Translations under genes and position numbers: made by a program
The notes under the pieces: model-generated
The model's database searches: none
The model's input: the letters and a program-made list of their open reading frames with translations, nothing else
Told to the model about the DNA's origin: nothing
Shown here: piece by piece, positions 42,983-53,306 of the stretch
Numbering within the stretch: the first letter of the stretch is position 1
Layout of the letters: each line of letters starts with the position of its first letter
Assembly (NCBI GenBank): GCA_963782325.1
Contig: CAWAJG010000003.1
Span: 343,737 to 407,736, forward strand
DNA: 64,000 bases
Source: an uncultured Solirubrobacteraceae bacterium
GTDB taxonomy: Bacteria; Actinomycetota; Thermoleophilia; Solirubrobacterales; Solirubrobacteraceae
Direction of reading: 5' to 3'

Positions 42983-43918
42983 ATCGCGCGCCTGGGCGAC
43001 ACCGACCTCGACGTCTTCCCGCTGTGCCTCGGCGGCAACGTGTTCGGCTGGACGATCGACGAGGAGCGCTCGTTCGCGGTGCTCGACGCGTACGCCGAGG
43101 CCGGCGGCAACTTCATCGACACCTCCGACAGCTACGGCCGCCGCGGGCCCGGCGGGGCGGGCGAGTCCGAGCGGATCATCGGCCGCTGGATCGCCGCGCG
43201 GGGCAATCGCGAGCGGCTGCTGATCGCCACGAAGGTCGGCATGTCCCCGGAGCTTCGCGGGCTCTCGCCGGAGACGATCGGGCGCGGGATCGACGGCTCG
43301 CTGCAGCGGCTCGGCATCGACACCGTCGACCTGTACTACGCGCACAGGGACGATCCGCAGACGCCGCTCGAGGAGACGCTCGGGGCGTTCGGCGAGCTCG
43401 TCCGCGCGGGCAAGATCCGTCACGCGGGCGCCTCCAACTACAGCGCCGAGCGCCTGGAGAGCGCCATGCGCGTGGGCGAAGCCGACGGCATGGCCTCGTA
43501 CGTGGCGCTGCAGCCGTACTACAACCTCGTCGCCCGCGGCGAGTACGAGGGCGAGCTTCGGGGCGTGTGCGAACGGCACGGGCTCGCGTGCATCCCCTAC
43601 TACGGTCTCGCCAGCGGCTTCCTCACGGGTAAGTACCGCCCTGGCGGCCCCGACGTCGACAGCCCGCGCGCGGCGGGGGTGCGCGAGGACTACTTCAACG
43701 AGCGTGGCTTCGCCGCGCTCGACGCGCTCGACGAGATCGCGGCTGCGCACGACACGCCGCTGGCGGCCGTCGCGCTCGCCTGGCTGCTCGCCCAGCCGAC
43801 GGTGCTCGCGCCGATCGCCAGCGCGACCTCGCCCGAGCAGGTGACGGAGCTGATGGCCTGCGCCGAGCTCGAGCTGTCGGCGGCCGAGCTGGAGCGCCTG
43901 GGCTCTCTCAGCGGCTGA
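42983..43918 (+). CDS. Aldo/keto reductase
   Basis: RLGDTDLDVFPLCLGGNVFG, GGNFIDTSDSY, DLYYAH and LASGFLTGKY. The conserved N-terminus extends to ATC at 42983. Confidence 0.9.
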   Translation: MARLGDTDLDVFPLCLGGNVFGWTIDEERSFAVLDAYAEAGGNFIDTSDSYGRRGPGGAGESERIIGRWIAARGNRERLLIATKVGMSPELRGLSPETIGRGIDGSLQRLGIDTVDLYYAHRDDPQTPLEETLGAFGELVRAGKIRHAGASNYSAERLESAMRVGEADGMASYVALQPYYNLVARGEYEGELRGVCERHGLACIPYYGLASGFLTGKYRPGGPDVDSPRAAGVREDYFNERGFAALDALDEIAAAHDTPLAAVALAWLLAQPTVLAPIASATSPEQVTELMACAELELSAAELERLGSLSG

Positions 43919-44774
43919 GCCGGAACGTCAGCGGCTCCCCGTCGGGATCGCGCAGCGACAGCCGGTCGGCCTCGGCGCGCTCGAACGCCGGCCGTGAGGG
44001 AGCATCCGCGAGGCTGCGCTCGAGCTCGTCGAGCGCGCGGGCGTCGCTCAGCTCGAACTCGACGCCGCGCAGGCCCGGCGAGGTGTCCGGCGCGGGGGAG
44101 GCGCCGGCGCTCTGCCACGAGTTCAGGCCCACGTGGTGGTGGTAGCCGCCCGCGGCGACGAACGCCGCGGAGGGAAGCTCGGCCTGCTGCTCGAAGCCGA
44201 GGACATCGCCGTAGAAGGCGAGCGCGCGGGGGACGTCGGCGACCTTCAGGTGCACGTGCCCGACGGCCGCCCGCGGCGCGATCGCCGGCGCGGGCTCCCC
44301 GGGGAACTGCGCGAGCAGGTCGTCGAGGTCGAGCGGGCTGGTGAACATGCGCACGCCCTCGCCGCCGGCCGGTCGCGGCCAGCTCTCGCGCGGGCGGTCG
44401 GCGTAGATCTCGATGCCGAGGCCGTCGGGATCGCTCAGGTACAGCGCCTCGGAGACGCCGTGGTCGGAGGCGCCCTCGATCGGCCAGCGCGAGGCGGCGA
44501 TCCGGCGGACGCTCTCGGCGAGCGCCGCCCGCGAGGGGTGCAGCCAGGCGACGTGGTAGAGCCCGGTGGCGGCAGGGGGCAGCGGCGTGGGCGCGGCGAT
44601 GTCCTCCAGCAGCAGCGTCGGCCGCGCGGTGTCTGTGCCCAGCCGCACGGAGCGCTCGTCGCGCGCGATCACCGGCAGGCCGAGGACGCGCTCGTAGAAG
44701 TCGGCGCTGCGCGGGAGGTCGCTGACCGCGAGCTCCACCGAGGCGATGCGCAGGCTGGGATCGATCGTCGCCAC
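43908..44774 (-). CDS. VOC family protein, catechol 2,3-dioxygenase (CatE)-like
   Basis: GLYHVAWL, ASDHGVSEALYLSDPDGLGIEIYAD, GHVHLKV and GGYHHHVGLNSW. Confidence 0.9.
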   Translation of the reverse strand: MATIDPSLRIASVELAVSDLPRSADFYERVLGLPVIARDERSVRLGTDTARPTLLLEDIAAPTPLPPAATGLYHVAWLHPSRAALAESVRRIAASRWPIEGASDHGVSEALYLSDPDGLGIEIYADRPRESWPRPAGGEGVRMFTSPLDLDDLLAQFPGEPAPAIAPRAAVGHVHLKVADVPRALAFYGDVLGFEQQAELPSAAFVAAGGYHHHVGLNSWQSAGASPAPDTSPGLRGVEFELSDARALDELERSLADAPSRPAFERAEADRLSLRDPDGEPLTFRLSR

Positions 44775-44864
44775 GTTCGCAGAGCGTAGTGAGCCCGTGC
44801 CGCCGGTGGCGAGCGTGTCGCGGTGGTGTGCGTGCGCCCCGGCCAGCGGATAGTGTGCCGCGCG

Positions 44865-45812
44865 ATGAACCTACGCAAACTGGGCTCCAGCGACCTGCAC
44901 GTCTCGGAGATCAGCCTCGGCTCGTGGCTGACCTACTCCGGCGGGGTCGAGCGCGAGCGGGCGAAGGCGTGCGTCGACGCGGCGTTCGAGGCGGGCATCA
45001 ACTTCATCGACACCGCCAACGTGTACGGGCGCGGGGCGGCGGAGACGCTGCTCGGCGAAGCCCTCGCCGGGCGCGATCGCTCCTCCTACGTGCTCGCCAC
45101 GAAGGTGTACTTCCCGATGTCCGACACTGACCGCGGCCTGTCGGCCGCGCAGATCCACAAGCAGATCGACGCCTCGCTGGCACGGTTGCGGACCGACTAC
45201 GTCGACCTCTACCAGTGCCACCGCTACGACCGGCACACGCCCCTGGAGGAGACGATGGGCGCACTCGGCGAAGTGGTGCGCGCCGGCAAGGCGCGCTACA
45301 TCGGCTTCAGCGAGTGGCCGGCGGAGAAGATCGACGAGTCGCTCGCCCTGGACGGCGTCGAGCGGTGGGTGTCGAGCCAGCCGCAGTACTCGATGCTGTG
45401 GCGCTCCCCCGAGGCGGAGGTGATCCCGCTGTGCGAACGCGAGGGGATCTCCCAGATCGTGTGGTCGCCGCTCGGGCAGGGGGTGCTCACCGGGAAGTAC
45501 AGCCCCGACGAGCCCCCGCCGGCGGACTCGCGGGCGGCGAGCGAGAGCATGGGCGGCTTCATCCACAGCCTGATGGAGCGCCCCGTGCTGGAGGCCGTGC
45601 AGCGTCTCGAGCCGATCGCGGAGCAGGCCGGCCTGACGATGGTGCAGATGGCGCTCGCGTGGGTCCTCCGCCAAGCGAACGTCGCCTCGGCGATCATCGG
45701 CGCGAGCCGCCCCGAGCAGGTGCACGCGAACGCCTCCGCCTCCGGCGTGACGCTCACCGCGGACACCCTCGCGGCGATCGACGAGGCGCTCGGCGACGTC
45801 GTCGTGCGCTGA
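44865..45812 (+). CDS. Aldo/keto reductase (Kv-beta-like)
   Basis: VSEISLGSW, GINFIDTANVY, DLYQCHR and SPLGQGVLTGKY. Confidence 0.93.
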   Translation: MNLRKLGSSDLHVSEISLGSWLTYSGGVERERAKACVDAAFEAGINFIDTANVYGRGAAETLLGEALAGRDRSSYVLATKVYFPMSDTDRGLSAAQIHKQIDASLARLRTDYVDLYQCHRYDRHTPLEETMGALGEVVRAGKARYIGFSEWPAEKIDESLALDGVERWVSSQPQYSMLWRSPEAEVIPLCEREGISQIVWSPLGQGVLTGKYSPDEPPPADSRAASESMGGFIHSLMERPVLEAVQRLEPIAEQAGLTMVQMALAWVLRQANVASAIIGASRPEQVHANASASGVTLTADTLAAIDEALGDVVVR

Positions 45813-45814
45813 GC

Positions 45815-46735
45815 TCAGCGCGGCTCGACGACGAGCGTCTGGAAGGCTCGGCCGACGGGGCCGCGCGCGTCGTGCAGCACGCTCTCGGCGAGGCCGGTGC
45901 CGCCGCGGTGCAGCAGAGTGTGGGCGTTCAGCCCGATCCACTCGCCGTGAGGCGGGCGCTGGAGATGGACGGTGAGGTCGGCGTTGATGAACAGGAAGCG
46001 CTCGAACGGCAGCACGGCGCTGATGCCGTTGCCGAAGTCGGCGCTCGCGGCCAGGCGCGCGAGCGGCGTGAGCTCCTCGCCGGCGAGCAGCGGGTGACGC
46101 AGGCGCATCCACACGCGCCCCGGTCCGGGCTCGCGCGGATCGCCGGGCGAGCGATCGCCGGGCGCATCGTCCCCGGAGGGGGAGGGGGAGCGCATTTCCA
46201 TCGCGCTGGCGGCGAAGCTCGCACCGCTGGAGCCGTCCAGCGCGAAGCGCAGCGGCCGGGCGTCCTCGGGCGCGCCCATCGTCGCGTCGGGGGAGCGGCC
46301 GTCGAGCTCGCCGGCCGGGGCTCCGTTCGTCGACTCCGGCACGCCGGGCGGGATCTCGCGGACGCGCAGCGCGCTCGCGCGGCAGACCACCTCCTCGCCT
46401 CCCGATCCCAGCGCGGCGCTCAGCTCGGCCGCGAGCTCCTGCACGCGACGTCCCGGCCGCACGACGCGCGTCGACAGCTTCAGCGGCGCCAGCGGGATCG
46501 GGCGCAGGAACTCGAAGCCCAGGCGCGCGATGCGCAGCTCGGCGCCCGGCTGCAGGCGCTCGAAGGCGGCTGTGATCAGAGCCGCCGGTGCGCCGCCGTG
46601 CAGCGCGCGCGGGTCCCACGGGCCGCGGGCGTGCTCGGTCGGCGTGAAGCGCTCCCCCTCGCCCTCCCCCTGCGGGGACGACGCCGGGGACGACACGCCC
46701 TCCCCCGATGCGGCGATGAAGATGCTCTCGCCCAT
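45815..46735 (-). CDS. Acyl-CoA thioesterase family (double hotdog) protein
   Basis: ARGPWDPRALHGGAP, ADFGNGIS and FINADLTVHL. Confidence 0.88.
   Translation of the reverse strand: MGESIFIAASGEGVSSPASSPQGEGEGERFTPTEHARGPWDPRALHGGAPAALITAAFERLQPGAELRIARLGFEFLRPIPLAPLKLSTRVVRPGRRVQELAAELSAALGSGGEEVVCRASALRVREIPPGVPESTNGAPAGELDGRSPDATMGAPEDARPLRFALDGSSGASFAASAMEMRSPSPSGDDAPGDRSPGDPREPGPGRVWMRLRHPLLAGEELTPLARLAASADFGNGISAVLPFERFLFINADLTVHLQRPPHGEWIGLNAHTLLHRGGTGLAESVLHDARGPVGRAFQTLVVEPR
46164..46190 (+). repeat. Intragenic element copy in antisense orientation within the thioesterase
   Basis: GCATCGTCCCCGGAGGGGGAGGGGGAG, read as SPSPSGDDA on the coding strand. Confidence 0.8.
46652..46711 (-). 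repeat. Composite intragenic element at the thioesterase N-terminus
   Basis: GCATCGGGGGAG..GTGTCGTCCCCG-GCGTCGTCCCCGCAGGGGGAG, encoding ASGEGVSSPASSPQGEGEGE. Confidence 0.75.
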
Positions 46736-46742
46736 CCTGCTC

Positions 46743-47426
46743 TCAGCCGGACGCCGCGTCGACGGGCAGGCGTGCGACGAACTCGGCGAGGCGGCCGGGG
46801 TCGCGCAGCGGGGGGCCGTGCCCGAAGCAGGCCAGGCGCGGCCTCAGCTCGGCCAGCCGGCGGGCGGATGCGCGGTTGCGGGGAGGGTCGGGGGTGAACG
46901 CCGCGGGCGGCTCGTGCAGGCCTGGCCTGCCGGTGATGAGGTTCATGTTGTTGAGCACATCGCCGAGGATCAGCACGCCATCGGACTCGCGCCAGTAGGC
47001 GACGTGCCCGCGCGAGTGCCCGGGGGTCTCGAGCACGGTGAAGCCCGCCACCTCGTCGCCCTCGACGAGCGCCCGCGCGACCGGGTGCGGCGGTCCCGTC
47101 CAGAAGCGCCGCTGGAACCACGTCAGACGGCTGGGCGGCTGGGAGCCGGCGACCCCGCCGGGCGTCTCCATCGCGGGCACGTCCCCCTGCCCGCACCACA
47201 GCGGAATGCGCAGCCGTTCGCAGATGGCGTGGCTGGAGCCCTGGTGATCGGGGTGCGCATGCGTGAGCGCGTGCGCGCTGACGGTGCGTCCGGCTATCTG
47301 GCGCATGATCCGCTGCTCCGCCCGGCGCGTGCCCGCGTCGATCAGCAAGTTGCCCACGAGGTACACGTTGATGGCGTTCGCCGGCCGGCCGTGCAGCAGG
47401 TGGACGCCCTCGGCGAGCTCCCTCAC
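46743..47426 (-). CDS. MBL-fold metallo-hydrolase
   Basis: LIDAG, THAHPDHQG, TPGHSRGH, LGD and FGHG motifs. Confidence 0.92.
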   Translation of the reverse strand: MRELAEGVHLLHGRPANAINVYLVGNLLIDAGTRRAEQRIMRQIAGRTVSAHALTHAHPDHQGSSHAICERLRIPLWCGQGDVPAMETPGGVAGSQPPSRLTWFQRRFWTGPPHPVARALVEGDEVAGFTVLETPGHSRGHVAYWRESDGVLILGDVLNNMNLITGRPGLHEPPAAFTPDPPRNRASARRLAELRPRLACFGHGPPLRDPGRLAEFVARLPVDAASG

Positions 47427-48227
47427 CGCGAGGACTCCCACGAGAACCCGCGCACCGCGAAGTACAGCCCGAGGGCGCCCCACAGCGCGATGACCGCGAG
47501 CTGGTCGAGGTGGCCGCCGAGACCCGAGCCGGCGATGATCGCGCCGGACAGCCCGTCGATCAGCGGCTTCAGCGGCAGCGCTTCGGCGATCGTGCGCACG
47601 AAGCCGGGTGCGCTGGTGGAGTCGAACACGTAGAACGACACCGCCACGACCGGCAGGAACACGGCGTTGACGTACGCGGCGGTGGACTCGAAGTTGGGGA
47701 TCGCGTGCGCGAAGGCGACGCCGAGCGCCGCCAGGCAGACGACGCCGACGAGCACGAACACGATCAGCGCAGCCCAGTGGACGGGCCAGCCGATCCCGAA
47801 GAACAGCCGCCCGGCGAGCACGACGATCACGATCTGCAGAGCGGTGTTGGTGACCGCGTTGGCGGCCACGCCCGCGAAGTAGGAGACCGTCGGCAGCGGC
47901 GTGCCGCGGATGCGCTTGAGCACGCCGCGCTCGCGCAGGAACACGATGTTGTAGGCGAGCGCGGTGAACGTCGTGGACATCACGCTCATGCCGGCGATCA
48001 TCGGCACAAGCCGGTCGAGCTGGTGCTGGTTGCCGCTCAGCGCTGCGCCGGCGCCCGCGAGGATCACCAGCGGCAGCACGAAGTTGAAGAACGCCGCGCT
48101 GGGGTTGCGCCAGAACATGCGTGCGCTCGAGGCGGTACTGGCGCCAGCTGAGGACGAGAGGGTGGCGCAGCCGGCTGAAAGCCGGCGAGCCGGGCCCCTC
48201 GACCATTCCGATCGTTGCGTCAGGCAT
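47423..48227 (-). CDS. ABC-2 type permease (frameshift near 48120)
   Basis: FWRNPSAAFFNFVLP, RERGVLKRIRGTPL; multiple TM segments. Confidence 0.88.
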
Positions 48228-49141
48228 CCCGCTCCGACGACGATGCGGCGGCGGTCAGCTCCAGGTAGACGTCCTCGAGCGTCGGGCGGCCCACCGTCAG
48301 CTCCTCGAGCCGCTGCCCGCGGGCGAGCGCCTCGCTGGTGAGCTCGTGCAGCAGCGAGGTGGGGTCGTCGGTGTCGTGCTCGATCAGCTCGCCGTGGGAG
48401 TCGCGGTAGGCGATCTTGTATCGAGACCCGCTCGCCCGACTCTCCATGTCGCGTGACCCGCCCGCCTCGCCGCCGACGCCGAGCTCCCGCGGCGGGCCGA
48501 TCGCGAGCACGCGCCCGTCCTTGACGATCGCCACGCGGTCGGCGAGCGCCTGCGCCTCCTCGAGGTAGTGGGTGGTCAGCAGGATCGTCTTGCCGAGCGC
48601 CCGCAGCGAGCGCACGGTGTCCCAGGCGGCCCGGCGCGCCTGCGGGTCGAAGCCGGTCGTGGGCTCGTCGAGGAAGATCAGCTCGGGGTCGCCGACGAGC
48701 GCGAGCGCGAAGTCGAGACGTCGCAGCTGCCCGCCGGACAGCCTGCGCGCAGCGCACGTCGGCCTTCTCTCGCAGCCCCGCCAGCTCCAGCACCTCCTCG
48801 ACGTCGCGGGGGTGGGGGTAGAAGCTCGCCCAGTGGCGCAGCGCCTCCCGCGGGGTGATGTGGCTGTAGATGCCGCCGGACTGCAGCACGATGCCGATCC
48901 GCCGGCGCAGCGCGAGCGAGCGCCGGGCTGGGTCCTCGCCGAGCACGGACACCTCGCCGTCGCTGCGCGCGCGGTAGCCCTCGAGGATCTCCACCGTGGT
49001 GGTCTTGCCCGCGCCGTTGGGCCCGAGCAGCGCGAACACCTCGCCCCGCTGCACGGTGATGTCGATGCCGCGCACCGCCTCGAACTCTCCATAGCGCTTG
49101 CGCAGGGCGCGTACCTCGATCGCCGGATCGCCGCCTGTCAC
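48220..49141 (-). CDS. ABC transporter ATP-binding protein (frameshift near 48750)
   Basis: GPNGAGKTT, LSGGQLRR, FLDEPTTG and TTHYLEEA. Confidence 0.9.
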
Positions 49142-49163
49142 CGATAGATCATTCCATTTTGTT

Positions 49164-49234
49164 CCGGTCAGTACATGTACTGACCGGCGGGGGCGTGCAT
49201 GCACGCCCCCGAGGGCCGGCGCATGCGCCGGCCC
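49164..49234. repeat. Three adjacent perfect palindromes centred on CATG
   Basis: CCGGTCAGTACATGTACTGACCGG (49164-87), CGGGGGCGTGCATGCACGCCCCCG (49188-211) and GGGCCGGCGCATGCGCCGGCCC (49213-34). Confidence 0.9.
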
Positions 49235-49256
49235 GGAACAGCATCAGCTGAGCGGA

Positions 49257-51262
49257 CTACCAGTGCACGCCCCGCGTGAGCGTGGCCATCGCGATCTGCT
49301 CGAAGGAGGCGCGCTCCTCGACGTCGGCGTGGCCCTTGGAGGCGGCGGAGTCGGGGAAGACGCGGTAGGCGAGGTGCAGCAGCCGGTCGACGGCGCTGGG
49401 GGAGAGGGTGTAGGCGACTTCGCCGAACTTGCCCATCCACGTGCCCATCTCCTTGGGCCGCGCGCGCAGGGCCTCGCAGATCATGTCCGCTGCCTCCTCG
49501 GGGGTGAGCGTCGGGAAGGCGTCGTACATCTTCGTCGGCGCGATCATCGGCGTGCGCACGAGCGGCATGTGGATGGTGGTGAAGGTGACGCCGTCGCCGA
49601 TCACCTCCGAGGCGACCACCCGCGAGAAGGCGTCGAGCGCGGCCTTGGAGGCCACGTAGGCGGAGAAGCGCGGCGGGTTGGCCTGGACGCCGATCGAGGA
49701 CACGTTGACGATGTGCCCGGAGCCGCGTTCGCGCATGTGCGGCAAGCAGCCCGATGATCAGCTTCACCGCGCCGAAGTAGTTCAGCTGCATCGTCCGTTC
49801 GAAGTCGTGGAAGCGGTCGTAGGAGAGGGCGATCGAGCGGCGGATCGAGCGCCCGGCGTTGTTGACGAGCATGTCCACGTTGCGGTGGTCGGCGAGCACC
49901 CGTTCGAGCAGGCGTTCGATCGACTCCATGTCCGCGATGTCGGCCGCGTACACGTACGCGGTGCCGCCGGCGGCGACGATCTCCGCGCGGACCTCCTCGA
50001 GCTTGTCGACGTTGCGCGCCACCAGCAGCGGCACCCCGCCGGCGGCCGCGATCTTCACCGCGGCCGAGCGCCCGATGCCAGAGGAGGCGCCGGTGATGAG
50101 CACGTGCTTGCCCTCGAGCGCCTGGCGCAGCGTCGCGCCGCGGCGAAGCTGATTGTCCATGTCGCGCTCCCAGTAGTCCCACAGGCGGCCCACGTAATCG
50201 TGCAGCGGCGGCGGCTGCTCCAGCGGCGTGCCCGCGAGCGCGGCGGCGGCTTCGCGCGTGTCGAAGCGGGGCACCAGCTCCATGTGGGCGAGCACCTCCT
50301 CGGGGATGCCCAGCTCGCGCAGCACCAGCTTGCGCGCCTGGCGCAGCGGCGGCAGCGCCAGCCCCAGCCGCAGCGGCCACTTCGGCAGCGGGCCGATCAC
50401 GCCTTTGTCGAACGCTCACGGCGAAGCGCGGCGCGTGCGCGGCGACGGCGAGCTCGTTGATCAGCTCGTCGACGCGCTGCGGGCGCGGGTCGGTGAGGCT
50501 GAACGCGCGGCCGTCGAGATCGGGCTCGTGGGCGATGTGCTCGAGCGCGCCCGCCACCCAGTCGACGGGGACGATGTTCGTGTAGCCGAGGTCGAGCCCC
50601 ACCAGCGGCGTCCACTCGGGCAGCAGCTGGCGCATCCGCTGGATCGCCTTGAAGAAGTAGTACGGGCCGTCGATCTTGTCCATCTCGCCCGTGTGCGAGT
50701 CGCCGACGACGATACCCGGCCGGTACACCCGCCAGGGCACGTACGGCTGCTCGCGCACGATCCGCTCGGACTCGTACTTCGTGCGGTGATAGGGCGAGGG
50801 CAGGCGCTGGCCCTCGTCGAACATGTCCTCGGCGAACACGCCCTTGTAGGTGCCGGCGACGGCGATCGAGGACACGTGGTGAAGGCGCCCCGCGCCGATC
50901 GCCCGAGCCAGCTCGACCGCGTGGGTGGTGCCGCCGACGTTCACCGCCGTGTTGCGCTCGGCCGGCGCGGTCATGTCGTAGACGGCCGCCAGGTGGAAGA
51001 AGTGCTCGATCGCCCCGCGCAGCTCCTCCACCTGTTCCTTATCGACCCCCAGCATCGGCCGGCGCAGGTCGCCGAGCACGGGCTGCACACGCTCCTTGAC
51101 GGACGCTCCCGTGACCATCCCCCAGCGCTCGATCAGCTCGTCCAGGCGGCCCGCCGATTTGTCGCGTACGAGCACGTACACCTTGCCCTGGCGCTGTTCC
51201 AGGATGCGCTCCACCAGGCGGCGCCCGATGAAGCCGGTGGCTCCGGTGACGAAGTAGGCCAT
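49257..51262 (-). CDS. Two-domain SDR fatty acyl-CoA reductase-like protein (frameshifts near 50410 and 49745)
   Basis: TGATGFIG and YHRTK in the extended SDR domain; ITGASSGIG, NNAGRSIRRS and YVASK in the classical SDR domain; ends TRGVHW. Confidence 0.88.
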
Positions 51263-51468
51263 GCTCAGGCGAGCATACCGGGAGGGACCGAGAGAGCACG
51301 ACGATGCCAGGCCCCCGCCGGCTCGCCGTCCGGTGCCGGGGTGCTTGCAGCGGGCTCATAAGTGTCCGGCCACATACAGACGTGACCGAAGTGTGTCAGC
51401 TCTGTGCACATACCGTTACAATCTTTGTATGGCTATTGATCTACAAGCGTATGTATGGGAGGGTGCCG

Positions 51469-51720
51469 ATGGTGAGACGAACGACCATCAACCTGGACAC
51501 TGAGCTGGTGGCTCAGGCGCGCGAGGTGCTGAAGACGAGGAACACGACCGATACGGTGCACGACGCCCTACGCGACGTGGTTCGTCGTGAGCGCTTGAAA
51601 CGACTCGGCGAATGGGACCTGGAGGGACTCACGTTGGAGGGCATCAAGGAGATGCGCCGCTCGCGCGTTGAAACGAAGCCGTGGGGACGCTTTGCACAAG
51701 ACGATGCGGCAACTGGCTGA
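51469..51720 (+). CDS. VapB antitoxin
   Basis: RRTTINLDTELV...TDTVHDALR; overlaps vapC; CATAC/GTATG inverted repeats upstream. Confidence 0.88.
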   Translation: MVRRTTINLDTELVAQAREVLKTRNTTDTVHDALRDVVRRERLKRLGEWDLEGLTLEGIKEMRRSRVETKPWGRFAQDDAATG

Positions 51721-52120
51721 CACGACCGCATGGCATTTGTCGCGTCGCGTGCCCGAGCTGCGCGGGCCGTTCGACCACAAGACGGTCAGCGGGGAGACCG
51801 GCACCTGCCCGATAGTCACGCTGGAGCTGTTGCAGAGCGCTCGCAACGGCCGGGAGTTCGACGAGCGCAGGTTGGAGATGGGCGAGCTGCCGCAGTTTCC
51901 GATCGCCGCGCGGGAGTGGGCGCGGGCGATCGACGTCTACCGCGAGCTCGCCCACCAGGGCGGCGCCCACCAACGCAGCGTCGGCCACGCCGACCTGCTG
52001 ATCGCCGCCGCCGCGGAGTCGGCGGGCGTGGAGCTGCTGCACTACGACGAGGACTTCGAGCGCATCGCGGCGATCACCGGCCAGCCCACCCGCTGGATCG
52101 TCCCGCGCGGGAGCCTGTAG
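51704..52120 (+). CDS. VapC PIN-domain toxin
   Basis: LADTTAW, LELLQSAR, DLLIAAAAE and LLHYDEDF. Confidence 0.9.
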   Translation: MRQLADTTAWHLSRRVPELRGPFDHKTVSGETGTCPIVTLELLQSARNGREFDERRLEMGELPQFPIAAREWARAIDVYRELAHQGGAHQRSVGHADLLIAAAAESAGVELLHYDEDFERIAAITGQPTRWIVPRGSL

Positions 52121-52127
52121 GTCGTCG

Positions 52128-52901
52128 TCAGGCCCCGGCCCCGGCTCCGCCGCGCCCCTCGCCGCCGGCGAAGCGCGCGGCCCCGCGGGCGCCATCCTCG
52201 AACACCTCCGGCCCGGCCTTCGCCTCCAGCGCGAGCGCGTCGGCGAGCGGCATGCCGAGACCCTCGATCGCGGCGCGCCGGTCGGCGAGCATCGTCCGCT
52301 GGGGGAAGCGGGCGAGCCCCTCGGCGAGCGCGAGCGCGCGGTCGAGGTGGGCGCCGGGGGCGACGAGCTCGGTGACGAGGCCCATCGACAGCGCCTCCCG
52401 CGCGTCGATGATGCGACCCGTGAGGATCAGATCGAGCGCGCGACCGAGGCCGACGATGCGCGGCAGGCGCTGCGTGCCGCCGTCGATCAGCGGCACCCCC
52501 CAGCGGCGCTCGGGGTAGCCGAGCTGCGAGTCCTCGGTGGCGATCCGCAGGTCGCACCACAGCGCGATCTCCAGGCCGCCCGCCAGGCAGAACCCTGAGA
52601 TGGCGGCGATCGTCGGCTTGGAGGACGTCAGCCGGGTGAAGCCCATGGGACCCTCCGCGTTCATCAGCCGCCCGGCCATCGTGCCGGTCGCCTTGAGGTC
52701 GGCGCCGGCGCAGAAGGACACACCGCCGGCGCCGGTCACGACGAGCACGCGCGCGTCGTCGTCGGCCTCGAAGCGCAGGTACGCCTCGTGCAGCGCGGCG
52801 GCGGTGTCCCCGTCGACGGCGTTGCGCCGGTGCTGGCGGTCGATGGTGATGACCGCGGCCGCGCCGCGGCGCTCGTAGCGCACCGCACCCGGCTCGCTCA
52901 C
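52128..52901 (-). CDS. Enoyl-CoA hydratase/isomerase
   Basis: FCAGADL, AGGLEIALWCDLRIA and GVPLIDGGT. Confidence 0.92.
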   Translation of the reverse strand: MSEPGAVRYERRGAAAVITIDRQHRRNAVDGDTAAALHEAYLRFEADDDARVLVVTGAGGVSFCAGADLKATGTMAGRLMNAEGPMGFTRLTSSKPTIAAISGFCLAGGLEIALWCDLRIATEDSQLGYPERRWGVPLIDGGTQRLPRIVGLGRALDLILTGRIIDAREALSMGLVTELVAPGAHLDRALALAEGLARFPQRTMLADRRAAIEGLGMPLADALALEAKAGPEVFEDGARGAARFAGGEGRGGAGAGA

Positions 52902-52918
52902 GGTGCGGCCCGCCGCTA

Positions 52919-53209
52919 CTACCAGCCGCCGCGCCACTGACCGTTGGCCAGATACGCCTTCTGTGCGGCTTTGCGCGCGTCCTTGCGCTTCTCCAGGTGG
53001 CGCTGGATCATGCTCATCGTGAACACGAACACCGGGAAGAAGATGATCAGGATGAAGCCCGCGTCGGTGACCACGTTGTCGTTCGTGGCTCCGTAGAAGC
53101 CGCGCCCGTCGTTGTGGGCGCCGGCGGCGGGAGCGAGCGCCAGCGAGACGAGCAGCGCGAGCGCGAAGATCGTCGCAAGCGCGCGTCGTGTGGTCGTGCG
53201 ACGGAGCAT
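52919..53209 (-). CDS. Small membrane protein
   Basis: Signal/TM segment, second TM segment and basic tail ending WRGGW. Confidence 0.7.
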   Translation of the reverse strand: MLRRTTTRRALATIFALALLVSLALAPAAGAHNDGRGFYGATNDNVVTDAGFILIIFFPVFVFTMSMIQRHLEKRKDARKAAQKAYLANGQWRGGW

Positions 53210-53306
53210 CTGCAGGTGGATGCTACCGGAGCGCACGGAGCGCCCGCCCGCCACTCGCCTGCCTCTGCGAGACCCACATGAGACCCACTTCCTACCATCA
53301 CCCCAG

